DNA from: Azolla caroliniana
Taxonomy: Eukaryota > Plantae > Polypodiophyta
Assembly (NCBI GenBank): GCA_043228905.1
Contig: JBHGNT010000013.1
Span: 20,956,001 to 21,020,000 of the forward strand
Direction of reading: 5' to 3'
DNA: 64,000 bases
Below, piece after piece: positions 53,871 to 64,000 of this stretch. The notes under the pieces are model-generated. The model did not search any database. It saw only the letters and a list, made by a program, of their open reading frames with translations, and had not been told where the DNA came from. Each line of letters begins with the position of its first letter. Position 1 is the stretch's first letter. The position numbers and the translations under genes are program-made.

Positions 53871-56659
53871 TTTTGCTTTATTACTCAGAAGTTTGTGTTA
53901 TTACATGTTAGTTATTATGGTGAATAGGTAATTTATGGGAATACTCAAAATTTTGAACTTTGGTTTCTAACGTAGTTTTGATTTGTTTTCCTTTCATATT
54001 CAATTTACATACGAGACAACCATATGAAACCATGTGCACAAAACTATGGTTCCAAGCCCATGGTTTTGTGCATGTCACAAAGAAAAACTATGTGCATAGA
54101 AACGATGGCTCCAAACCCATGATTTTTTGCATGGACAAACCTATAAAAACCCTAATACAGCTTGTGTAAAAGGGGGGGTCAATTTGGAGATCATCATCAT
54201 CATCATCAATAATATATTATTCCTCTTGACATCTATCTTCTTCTCGAGTATAAAAATCTTTGTTCTTTTCAAATGTGATATTAGTTTCCTCGACTCGTAC
54301 ATACACATCATCGTCTTCTCAACAAGTTCGCGAATGTCCTCCCTGGTCTGTGGCGTCGGTGGTCCCGCTCGCACAAAGCACGCACGCACCTGCATTTTCA
54401 CAACAACGGAAGCCGATGATGTTTCCCGAGCTAGCAGGCTTCACATATTTGGGCCTTCCGGCCACTAAATTTTGGCAGTTCGAACACAACTTGTTTTGAC
54501 TGCAAGTCCTGAAGCCTTTGATAATGTACCTGGTTGATCCGCTTATGCCACAGGTCGATATCCGACTCGACCTTCTGATCTTTTCTGAACAAAGCGGCGC
54601 CGACATCATTGTTGTCGAGGGTAAACATCCTCCTGTCTCGGCGCCCTTGCGCGATGATCTGGCTTTCTTCCTCGATGAAGCACCCAAGGTGCGTAAACCG
54701 TACATGCATCCCTTGGGCGACAATCTATCCGATCGACACTAGATTCTTCGTGATTGTCGAAACATGTAAAACATTCATCAACTTTCCCTTTTGATCGACA
54801 TGACTCAAAGGGACCTCTCCGACATGCTCGATCGGGTGAGGAGTGTCATCTCCGGTTGTTTCGGTTCCTCCAAATATGAGAACCACTCTTCGTGGCTTGT
54901 CATATGGTTAGATGCTCCGGAGTCAACATACCACACTTCCTCCGATGTGGAAGTGGTCATCTTCATCGAGTTCGTCTTATGTTTGATTACGAAGGCTGCC
55001 CTTTTCTGGTCTTTCTAGATCCTGATTTGTTTGAATCAGTGCGCTTCTTCCAACACTCGCTCTCTCGGTGTCCTTTCTTGCCACAATACCAACATTTTGT
55101 TTTGGTTTCCGATGCCGCCTTGACTCCCCCTACTCGTGGAGGGTCTCGCACTACTCTCGGCACTACTCTCGGCACTATCTCCATGCCTTTGATTCTACTC
55201 TTGTTGGCCGCCGCTATTGCGTGCCGAACCACCTCGTCCTCCACGCCCATGGGTCGATCTGTCTCTGTGTACATCCGACTATCCAATTGAGTGGTCTTGG
55301 ACCCACTCACGTGGTTTTCTTCAACCATCAACATTGATTGCTAGTCAATGAAGGATGGTGGCTTCTCCCGGGTGCAAATCATTGTCTGGATAGGCTCGTA
55401 CCTCTGCGCTAGACCACTGAGGCAGATCTAGACCATCTCTTCTTCATCCACCGTTACATTGATGGAACCTAATGCGTCACAGATCTCCTTTATCTTAGTG
55501 GTATAATCCGTAACCGACATATCCCTTTGTCGGATGTTGTTGAGCTCTTGTCGGAGCTGCAACATATAGGCTGTGGTAGTGGTGGTGAAAATCGTTTTGG
55601 GATTTTCCCAGGCCTCCTTCGACGTTTTCACATCTCTGATGTAGCCAAGCATCTGGTCGTGCACACAGGACACGAGCCAGTATAGAAGTCTACTCGCTCC
55701 TTGATCCCATGACAAGAAGTCCTTGTGTGCCGACTCCAGCGCTACTTCATTCGCTCCTTCGAAATAGATCTAGTAACCGTGTCCGAGCAGGTACTGGTGC
55801 ATCTTGTGAGACCAAGATGCATAGTTGCCTCTGTCGAGCTTCTACGTTTGAAGCGGGCTAGCCGTTCCTCTGTCCATCTTTCTTCAGGTTGTTCTTACCC
55901 GGAAGTTAGGTTTTCTTCTAGTTTTCTCAGGTATCGTGTCGGTAACAGAGGATTTTCAACCCTTGCACTTTGATACCATGTAAATATTAGCGTGTGGAAT
56001 CTAACAAACACAACCGCCTCTGTCGGATAGCAAGAGAAAATGGAACTAAGGTTTAATGGAAACTTCACAGAACACAAAGAGAGTAGAACAACATAAAACT
56101 CTAATTTAAAAAATACTCCAAGAGTCTATACATATAAAGGACTGATAGAAGTACTGACAAGTAGTTCAGTGCTCGTATAGAGCATCAGACACTAACTCCT
56201 CGGATAACTACATAATAGTCTAGGAGTGTAGACCTCCAATGGCCTACTGTTACCGATTAAGAACACTGTCTACGCTCAGTCCTTCGAGGTAGACCTCAAG
56301 GTGACCGTGTTAAAAGGAATAGAACCTTCGTACCGTAAATCGTAATGGGATACTCCCTCGTATCCTAGTAGCGTATAAGGGAGACGTCTACAACTGAACT
56401 CTTTAGGAAGTGCGCTGGGATCCGCGCTTACACCTACACCCTTACGATTAACAGTACGCAACAGAGAAACCAAGAATGCAACAGAGAAAGCCACAGATAT
56501 GCACAGATATCCGAGAAGATAGTAATTTATTAGAAAAACGCTCTATACTCCAAAATTACACACTACCTCTTACAGAGGATTTCTGCCCTTTATATACACA
56601 GGGTTTTTAGCCGTTCACGCTTCCCGCGTGAACCATTACATTTGTTTGTTAACGCTTTA
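52045..56659. repeat. Segmental duplication, copy 2 (includes the Copia fragment and a truncated Gypsy LTR 56248-56659)
   Basis: Matches 1-4615 up to ...CGCTTTA, then diverges. Confidence 0.97.
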
Positions 56660-57017
56660 AACACGTTCGCGTTCACAAGTGGAAGGATCGCGCATAAATG
56701 GAAGGATAAGGGAAATTTTAGGGGTTTTTCAATGATTTTACAAAACACATTGATACCAGTATCATACAAGTTCAAACATACTATGAAAAAGGTTAAAAAT
56801 CCACTATTTTCGTGATTTAGAAGTAACTAAAAAAAGACGAATTTCAAAAACATACATTCTCAATTTATATCACCAACTTTACAACCAATGTTATTTTATA
56901 AGAAACGATTTTTGGGAAATCATAAGAATTCAAAACACATGATTTTATATTACTCGATTTGTTACAAGCGGAATGTAGTTACACTTAATAGCCAAATATA
57001 CATTCATGATCACTCCT

Positions 57018-59798
57018 TTACGGAGAATCACTACTATAACTAATATACAATGACGATTCCTCCTCATCATCCTCGGATGTACCAATCAGTGCATTATCTT
57101 CGTCATAAACCAAATGGTTTGACTCTAGATTATATGTAGCAGATCTCGTTTGCCTTTGACTCGAGCCACCTTGTAGACCTGGTAATTTTTCTTTTATTAT
57201 ATCTATTGTTGACTTCCTTAATCGTCCGGCTTTTGTAAGTGTGAAGTCGTACACGATGATATCCACATCAGAGATATCAAGGGTCGAGGTGTTACGAATG
57301 TTTCGCTTCCTCTTCCTACCTCCCCTTCTTGTTTGGCATTCAATCATCTCCAATGTATACTTACCTGTAAAAGCATTTGCACTTCTAGTGTTGTACCAAT
57401 GAACATTTATAGACTTGATCGTGTTATCTATTTCATGCATTAGCACTTCTAGAATTTTACCAACCCAAAATTGGTGGCCATGTGAGTTCTCATCAGCCGG
57501 CGTTGCAATCAACATCCCCGCGGTGAGCTCTTGCAAATTTCCTTGCCATCTAGCTTCGGCTGCTTTGGTCATCCTTGGTCCCACATAAATGTCTCTTTGT
57601 TGTGGATGGACCAAGCTGTCATTAATCGCATTTACTAGTCGCTCCGGACTTCTATTTACGCGATCATGTTGCAGCGACCATGTGAATGGCGTTTCCAAAT
57701 TCCAATTATCAACAGATACACAATTGTCTATAATTTCTTTCTGATCACTATAAAATACATCCCACCATGACGTGTCTTGTTGTGCGGCATATTTCTTGGC
57801 GGCCTCAATATGTTTTCTTTTTTCTTCTAAGGCTTGGAGCCATGACCGTTTTTGTTCTAATACCAAGTCGCTCTGCAACTGTCCTTTCTTCTCAATTGGC
57901 ATTTGCTTAGCTCCATGGACAATTGTACTCGGCATACAAAGTAATAACTGGCAACCACCTTTAGGTTCCCATGTTGTAGAAGATGAATATTGTTTAGCAT
58001 ACAAAAGTGTAGAACCACTTATTCCATTTTTCTTTATCAAAAAAATGTGATTGAAACTTATATTGTTTAACTGAGCAAGCACTTTAACATTCCCACCACC
58101 CCCATCTAATATATATCTCTTAAAGTCATATACCTCCTTCAAGTGTAACACTTTTGGGCGTGGTGTATATGCATCACAAATGACATCAAATAGTTTAGGT
58201 AAAGTGAAAGCATCATGCCGAGACAACTGTCTGGAGAATGTGCTAAACATCTGATCTATATGGTCATGTGTGTGGCCAACCAAAAGGAAATTGACTTTCA
58301 CTTTCCTAAACAATTCTAGGTTGACCAACATACTTAGATAGCCAAATACAGTTGAATTTTTGTTCTCTCTAGCAGTATTGTCCAATTGAATGTATAGAAC
58401 AGGGGGGAAAGGTTGTCCCCAAGACATCAAAACTCGGTGAATCACTGTAACTGTTAGGTTAGGGTCATTGTGAACATTGGGGTAAGTAATGAAGACGTGA
58501 GGTCGAACAGACCTATTATAAGCCAAGCATCCCACCAAGTGCATTTGAACAAGGCACTCATCATTGACATCTTTGGGGAGCCTCCGCATATGCGGCAAGC
58601 ATGTCTTCTTCTGGTCCATGCCATCTATCATTAAGCACATGTATTGTTCAGGCCTCTTCAAACACTTCTCTCTATGATGCATCGCCTTCCTTCGTTCTAA
58701 GGATTGTGCCTCGCGATGCTCTTGTAGTAACTTCTTACTCGTATCCTTTTCCATTGATGTCTTTGCACCTTTAGCCAAACTTTTAAGATTTGCACAAATG
58801 GAGCAATAACCCATACGTACTTTACGAGGAATAATAACATTTGAAAACCGAGCTCTCCATAATCTTGTGAATTGGCTATAGGTGATAGACTTATTACGTG
58901 AGCCCAACATTTCAGATCGATAGACATCATAAACTTCCCGACGGGTATAATTATCAGAAAGATGCATCCTACCTGTAGTGGGCATTACTTCACAATTTAA
59001 CTGAAAGTAAGTTTTCATCCAGCCAATAGCTAGTCTTCCAATTGCACCTTTCATACTTGGAACCTCTTTACAATTGAGCATCTGATCCCCGCTAAGTAGA
59101 CGTTGTTGTACTCTATGTAGCCGCATGTTACTAACACATAACACAATTTTGAATGCAACTCTACATATCTGTTGCGCATGGAAGATATAATACTCGAATG
59201 ATACTTTGATCCCCGTACATTTGTCAGATACTAGTTGCATATGTGATCCGAGGTAAGTGTCTTGCTCATCACCGGTCATCGAAAAATAGTATCGCCTTAA
59301 TTCTCGCAACTTTGATTTTCCAATCATAGACATACAACCACGGGCACAACATATTTTGTTGACATCAAATCCAATCTGTTTATCTGATGTCACCAAGCTA
59401 AATCTAGCCAGACGAATTCTTCGTGGGATTCTTCTAATATGCATAGGGCTCCCAGATTTCTCTTCCTGCATAGAGGTTGGTGTAACCTTGTTACAGTCTA
59501 ATTCTCTGTTCTGACCATCGCCAATGTTATTCAATGTTTCCTGGGCACTTCCTTCATTCCCGGTATCTTTATTAATATCGTATTCTTCAATAGAGAACTC
59601 TTCACATGTGTCATTATTTGCATTCCCTGTAGATGAGCTCAGACAATATTCTTCGATAGAATTTGGTGAGTCGGTCGAAAGACAATATTCTTCAATCGAA
59701 TATGGTGACTCTGTTGATAAACAATACTCTTCAGTAGAAAACGATGTGTCTGATGACAAACAATATTCTTCAATCGAGAACGGTGAATCTTCACTCAT
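57018..59798 (-). CDS. Putative DDD transposase (Sola-like / DUF7869-type), 926 aa
   Basis: CxxC (YCSIC), then IDGMDQKK, IQLDNTARENKN and FLLVGHTHDHIDQMF, giving three candidate acidic catalytic motifs; lies ~360 bp inside the element terminus. Family assignment is from motif recall. Confidence 0.75.
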   Translation of the reverse strand: MSEDSPFSIEEYCLSSDTSFSTEEYCLSTESPYSIEEYCLSTDSPNSIEEYCLSSSTGNANNDTCEEFSIEEYDINKDTGNEGSAQETLNNIGDGQNRELDCNKVTPTSMQEEKSGSPMHIRRIPRRIRLARFSLVTSDKQIGFDVNKICCARGCMSMIGKSKLRELRRYYFSMTGDEQDTYLGSHMQLVSDKCTGIKVSFEYYIFHAQQICRVAFKIVLCVSNMRLHRVQQRLLSGDQMLNCKEVPSMKGAIGRLAIGWMKTYFQLNCEVMPTTGRMHLSDNYTRREVYDVYRSEMLGSRNKSITYSQFTRLWRARFSNVIIPRKVRMGYCSICANLKSLAKGAKTSMEKDTSKKLLQEHREAQSLERRKAMHHREKCLKRPEQYMCLMIDGMDQKKTCLPHMRRLPKDVNDECLVQMHLVGCLAYNRSVRPHVFITYPNVHNDPNLTVTVIHRVLMSWGQPFPPVLYIQLDNTARENKNSTVFGYLSMLVNLELFRKVKVNFLLVGHTHDHIDQMFSTFSRQLSRHDAFTLPKLFDVICDAYTPRPKVLHLKEVYDFKRYILDGGGGNVKVLAQLNNISFNHIFLIKKNGISGSTLLYAKQYSSSTTWEPKGGCQLLLCMPSTIVHGAKQMPIEKKGQLQSDLVLEQKRSWLQALEEKRKHIEAAKKYAAQQDTSWWDVFYSDQKEIIDNCVSVDNWNLETPFTWSLQHDRVNRSPERLVNAINDSLVHPQQRDIYVGPRMTKAAEARWQGNLQELTAGMLIATPADENSHGHQFWVGKILEVLMHEIDNTIKSINVHWYNTRSANAFTGKYTLEMIECQTRRGGRKRKRNIRNTSTLDISDVDIIVYDFTLTKAGRLRKSTIDIIKEKLPGLQGGSSQRQTRSATYNLESNHLVYDEDNALIGTSEDDEEESSLYISYSSDSP

Positions 59799-60470
59799 GG
59801 CTTAAGGTCTAGATAGGGCTCTCTAAGTTATACTCCTCTCTAACCATATACTCCTCCCTAAACATAAACTTCTCTCTAAACAAAAGCCAAATCAATAGAA
59901 TGTCTATATTATGTAATATTCTATTAAAATACAATACATCTAAAAATTATTTTTAATAAAGTAATTTAACTTAAATTATCAATCATTATATAAACTAGAT
60001 CTAAATGATGTTAAATCAAGTAAAATATAAAACTAATCATTAACAAGCCTTGAATATGTTGGATTAATGTTAAAATCATTGGCTAATTAATGACACCCAT
60101 TTTGATATAGAACGTCTCACTCATTGATTCTTTAAGGCTCACCATTTTAATTATTAGACTTATCAATCATTGGTTAATTCATGCCCACATCTTTAATACA
60201 TAACTATTGAGAGTCATAAAAATTTTTGCTTTTAGTAATCAATCATTGGTACATTCATGAACCTCTATCATTGTCTCCTTCATAACCTTTGAAGTGATTG
60301 TAGGTTGTTATGAGTATAAAAGATTGATCAATATATTAGTTTGACTTTGTAATCATTAATACAATCATAAGTTACTATAGTTAATGTGACTATGGTTACA
60401 AACTAACTATCCTCAAAGTTACCAACATTGGTTAAGATAACTATGGTTACTTTAACCATGGGTTCAATCC

Positions 60471-60480
60471 CTATAAATAG
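60471..60480 (+). promoter_or_regulatory. TATA box of the ParB-like/MTase gene
   Basis: CTATAAATAG ~150 bp upstream of ATG 60622, followed by a 9-bp CAGAGCA.. repeat leader (~60505-60570). Confidence 0.6.
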
Positions 60481-60621
60481 GAAGACCTCATCATATTTCA
60501 CTCACCAGAGCGTACAGAGCATACAGAGCACTCAGAGCACTCAGAGCACACAGAGCACACAGAGCACTCAAGGCACAAAGCACGAAAGCGCGATCTCCGC
60601 CTCCACACAACACGATCAACC

Positions 60622-63600
60622 ATGTCTTCCAAGAGAGTCGAGCGCGAGGAGTCCAGGTAGGCCTCTGACACTGTGGACATTTTTGTAAATATGTTTCGTT
60701 TCCCGAAAAACTCGATACGGCGTATCGAGTTCATGTATACAATACAAATATTTATACACGAACTCGATACGGCGTATCGAGTTCGTGTGTAAATATTTGT
60801 ATTGTATACACGAACTCGATACGCCGTATCGAGTTCGTGTTTAAAGTAAAGGTTTTAAACACGAACTCGATACGCCGTATCGAGTTCGTGTTTAAAAGGT
60901 CAGTTTTAAACACGAACTCGATACGGCGTATCGAGTTCGTGTTTAAAACCTTTACTTTAAACACGAACTCGATACGGCGTATCGAGTTCGTGTTTAAAAC
61001 CTATACTTTAAACACGAACTCGATACGGCGTATCGAGTTCGTGTTTAAAACTTACCTTTTAAACAAGAACTCGATACGGCGTATCGAGTTCGTGTTTAAA
61101 ACTTACCTTTTAAACACGAACTCGATACGGCGTATCGAGTTCGTGTTTAAAGGCTACACTTTAAACACGAACTCGATACGCCGTATCGAGTTCGTGTTTA
61201 AAACCTATACTTTAAACACGAACTCGATACGGCGTATCGAGATCGTGTTTAAAAGGTAAGTTTTAAACACGAACTCGATACGCCGTATCGAGTTCGTGTT
61301 TAAAAGGTCAGTTTTAAACACGAACTCGATACGCCGTATCGAGTTCGTGTTTAAAGTATAGGTTTTAAACACGAACTCGATACGGCGTATCGAGTTCGTG
61401 TTTAAAGTGTAGCCTTTGAGAGAGAAAAATCGTTTACGGGGTGGAAATGTTATCAAATTGTCTGTCAAAATCAGTCTTTCTATGTTGAGTTTACTTACTT
61501 CTAAACAAATACAAGCTCTAATTATAGGTGTTTTTTGACCTACTTTAGCTTAAAATAGTAGAAAATGATCTACAAATTGCATTCAATATGGCAAATTCTC
61601 ATCAATATAGGTTTAGAATCTATATAAGTCATATCTACTATTTAAAAGAATATATAACCCGTTTTACTTATTACGATATATATTTTCTAGGTTGAATAGC
61701 CATGCCTACAATAGATTTTTGAATATGTTACTGCTCCTAGAAACTGTTCTTCATTATAATAACAACTTTAATCTACGTAACTGTCTAACTTATGTTATGG
61801 TGGATACTTTCTTAAATAGGTCGTTTGAGAATCTGTCAGACCGACCCGTGAAGAAAATTAAGCTTCGCATACAAGGTTCTCCAATCGAAGCCCAGACCAA
61901 GGTAACTCCGGAGTCCATAAAGAGAGGAAAAAAGCTTCTATTTAACGAAGAGACAAAATCTCAGCCCCATAGTGATGTAAGCCAAAAGAAAATTGTCGCC
62001 GCTACTGGAGGCGAAGACCTTCCTGACCGAGATCTAACGGACAAGGAATGGTGTATGCAATATATCGACTCAAAGAAAAAAGTCGTATTGTATACATCAA
62101 AGAAGAAGGGTGAGGGGCAGCTAGGAAAAGAAACTCCATTTATGTATGGCCGAATTCTACGATTTGACTACGAAGATGCAGATTCGGCCAACATACTGGT
62201 AATGATAGAGTGCTCCAAGGGGGTACGCAAAGTGTTCCTTTCAGAAGACCTTTTAGTAAAGGAATCTTGTGGGCCTGAAGTGTTCAAAAAAGCACTTGAT
62301 AACTCACAAAACCTGATTGTTACCTTGAGGCCTTATATACAAGGCCATGTAACTCTACGAGATGAAGAGCCCTCCCACTTGAAGGCCACTAAAAAGGTAT
62401 CCAAAGTCCAGTCAAGACCAGCCAAGAAGAAGACAACGAAAATGTCGGATACGGATTCGACAAGTGACAATGAAGAAGAGGATAATAAGGGGACGCCAGG
62501 AGCCGAGCTGGCCTCGGGTGTTTTGTCATCCGAGCAGAATAAAATAAGAAGAGAGTTAATGAAACGGAAGCTGGTCAGGAAAGGGCAAGTATTTAATTTG
62601 CCTATAACACACATCCATCGGCCCCCTATTGATGAAAAAACAGGTCGAAGACCACTTGAGATTAGAGAGCCTCATCGCATGCATGTTCAAAATCTCAAGA
62701 AAAAAATGAAAATTAATCCTCATGCCACAGTGGTGCCTTTTATTGTTATGGTGGATCCTGAAGAATGTGAAACCATTGAAGATTTTGATATTAGAAAGCA
62801 TGATCAATATAATTATTTTGTCATTGGTGGATCGCATTCAGCAGAGGCACGTCGACAACTTGTCAGAGAACATCCAACCACTTTCTTCTTCAAGTATGCC
62901 GAGTGCAAAATATATGTTGGGCTCACAACCGAAGAGGCTAAGCTGTTGGCATGGGACCATAATAATGATAATGACTATAGGCAGAAAATGTCGTCTATTG
63001 AGCGAATCCGGTTCTTCCACCACGAGTATTTAGATGTGAAACAAAAGTTTGGTGTGAAGTTACATCCAGGCCTTCGACGTCAATGTCTGCATGAAGTCGG
63101 CATTGTGGTAGATGATAATGTTAGGTCCGATGGTCTTCGAAAGTATGAATCTTGGTTTCAATTGGCGTTTAGAGATGGAGAAGTATGGGACCTCCAAGAT
63201 CAAATCTTCTCAATGTGGGAGAATAAGGAGGTAAAGGGTCAACGACAAAAGAAATGTAGGGTTGACCCTCAACTAGAATTAAAGTCACAAGCCGCCAAGA
63301 GAATTGACTTGACAATTGAAGAAGCGGCAGACGACATGAAGCTGTCTCTATGGAGAGCGATGCAAGGTATTAAGGACGAGCAGCTTCTTGTGTCCGTTTT
63401 GTCAAGGGTTGTGGCGAAAGATTTAAGCCTTGAAGAAATGGTCACCGAGTTCAATAAGTAAGTCTTTCAAATACTGAAATTGTAGTCTATCTGGTGTAAT
63501 TCAAAGTTCTAATCTTGATTTCTAATTTTACAGTCATAAGGTGTACATGAAGATCCAAGAAGTAATGATGAAACAACTTGGATGTATAACTTGGGAACAA

Positions 63601-64000
63601 GTGACCGAGGCGTTATCAGAGTATTTTATTGCATTCAAGGATTGGGTTAGTATTGATATTTTTTCATTACCCTTTCATCATATGTAGAGGTTGCGTAATA
63701 ATACCTGATGTCCTATTGCTTCTATTAGAAACCGTGTCGAGGCAAGAAACAAGGAGAAGTTAAGGATATACACGATTTCCCTACATCCTTCCTTGCACAT
63801 CTCGAGCGAGCTAGAAAAGAAAAGGATCGTCGCTTAGTCAAGGCGTACGAAATGGAGGAAGATGGCTCGTTTAAAAAATTTAGCCACAAGAAAGATATTA
63901 CGAGAGATCTTTACTACAATGTGGTTTGCGGTGATGTCATCGACTTGATCCAGAAGGTGCCAAAGAAGGAATATACGCTAATGATTGCGGATATTCCTTA
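60622..64000 (+). CDS. Spliced gene for a ParB/Srx-like domain fused to a beta-class amino (N6A/N4C) DNA methyltransferase, 3'-partial; predicted exons 60622-60656, 61820(or 61691)-63457, 63534-63645, 63729->64000
   Basis: All predicted GT-AG junctions keep frame; ParB-like core (HVQNLKKKM...PFIV...YFVIGGSHSAEARRQL...IYVGLTTEEAKLLAWDHN); last exon ends YNVVCGDVIDLIQKVPKKEYTLMIADIP-TA, like GD..l..lp..svdli.tDPPY. Confidence 0.72.
60706..61414. repeat. Array of 14 palindromes TTTAAACACGAACTCGATACG-S-CGTATCGAGTTCGTGTTTAAA (51-52-bp period)
   Basis: Centres at 60720, 60772, 60824, 60875, 60926, 60977, 61028, 61079, 61130, 61181, 61232, 61283, 61334, 61385; units 1-3 have shorter arms. Confidence 0.97.

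Larger units (their letters stand above)
56660..64000. mobile_element. Young DNA-transposon-like element with transposase, palindrome array and ParB-like/methyltransferase gene; right end outside window
   Basis: Interrupts a Gypsy LTR precisely after CTTTA (empty site at 4611-4620); terminus AACACGTTCGCGTTCACAAGTGGAAGGAT shared with the older copy; long intact ORFs. Confidence 0.85.

Noticed and set aside
53820-56710. The two inverted termini as TIRs of one element spanning 53820-56710
   Set aside because: Each lies downstream of its own transposase 3' end, so they are the same end of two separate elements arranged back to back.
58240-58290. GHTH read as an HUH (Rep/Helitron/Replitron) motif
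   Set aside because: The surrounding DGMDQ, QLDN and HIDQ acidic motifs and the discrete conserved terminus fit a DDD transposase better; not fully excluded without an HMM search.
60706-61414. CRISPR array interpretation
   Set aside because: Spacers are only 8 bp and recur, no cas-like ORFs are visible, and the context is eukaryotic.
60752-61468. ORFs with LNTNSIRRIEFVFK repeats on both strands
   Set aside because: By-product of a 51-bp palindromic period; the region is predicted to be intronic.
61692-61819. First 43 aa of the 589-aa ORF as the true N-terminus
   Set aside because: TTG start and AT-rich, intron-like sequence ending in an in-frame AG; an upstream ATG exon is more plausible.
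56660-64000. Bacterial or phage contamination as the source of the ParB/MTase gene
   Set aside because: The gene has in-frame spliceosomal introns and a TATA box, sits within a host LTR, and a decayed relative of the element is embedded nearby.

Overview
Eukaryotic plant genomic DNA, probably from a non-seed land plant (inferred from Tcn1-like chromoviruses and GT-AG introns). It is dominated by nested, mostly decayed LTR retrotransposons (Gypsy and Copia), hAT remnants and a ~189-bp satellite, with one clear host gene: a GPI-anchored protein with two 8-Cys LTP domains and an extensin stalk (38989-40360). Bases 1-4615 recur almost identically at 52045-56659. The second copy is interrupted at 56660 by the most interesting feature, a young, apparently intact DNA-transposon-like element that runs off the window end. 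It carries (i) a 926-aa Sola-like DDD transposase, (ii) a divergent spliced gene with a ParB/Srx-like domain followed by the start of a beta-class amino-DNA-methyltransferase (GD...LMIADIP[Y]), and (iii) in that gene's predicted first intron, 14 near-perfect 43-bp palindromes with 8-bp spacers that recur in both orientations. The palindrome arm ends match the element's own target+terminus junction (TTTAAACACG). A decayed relative (48985-53870) retains CpG-eroded palindromes, so the array looks like a family feature. Also notable is a Gypsy element with a second, inverted tRNA-like primer site where the PPT should be. All family assignments are by-eye motif recognition and need HMM/structure confirmation.
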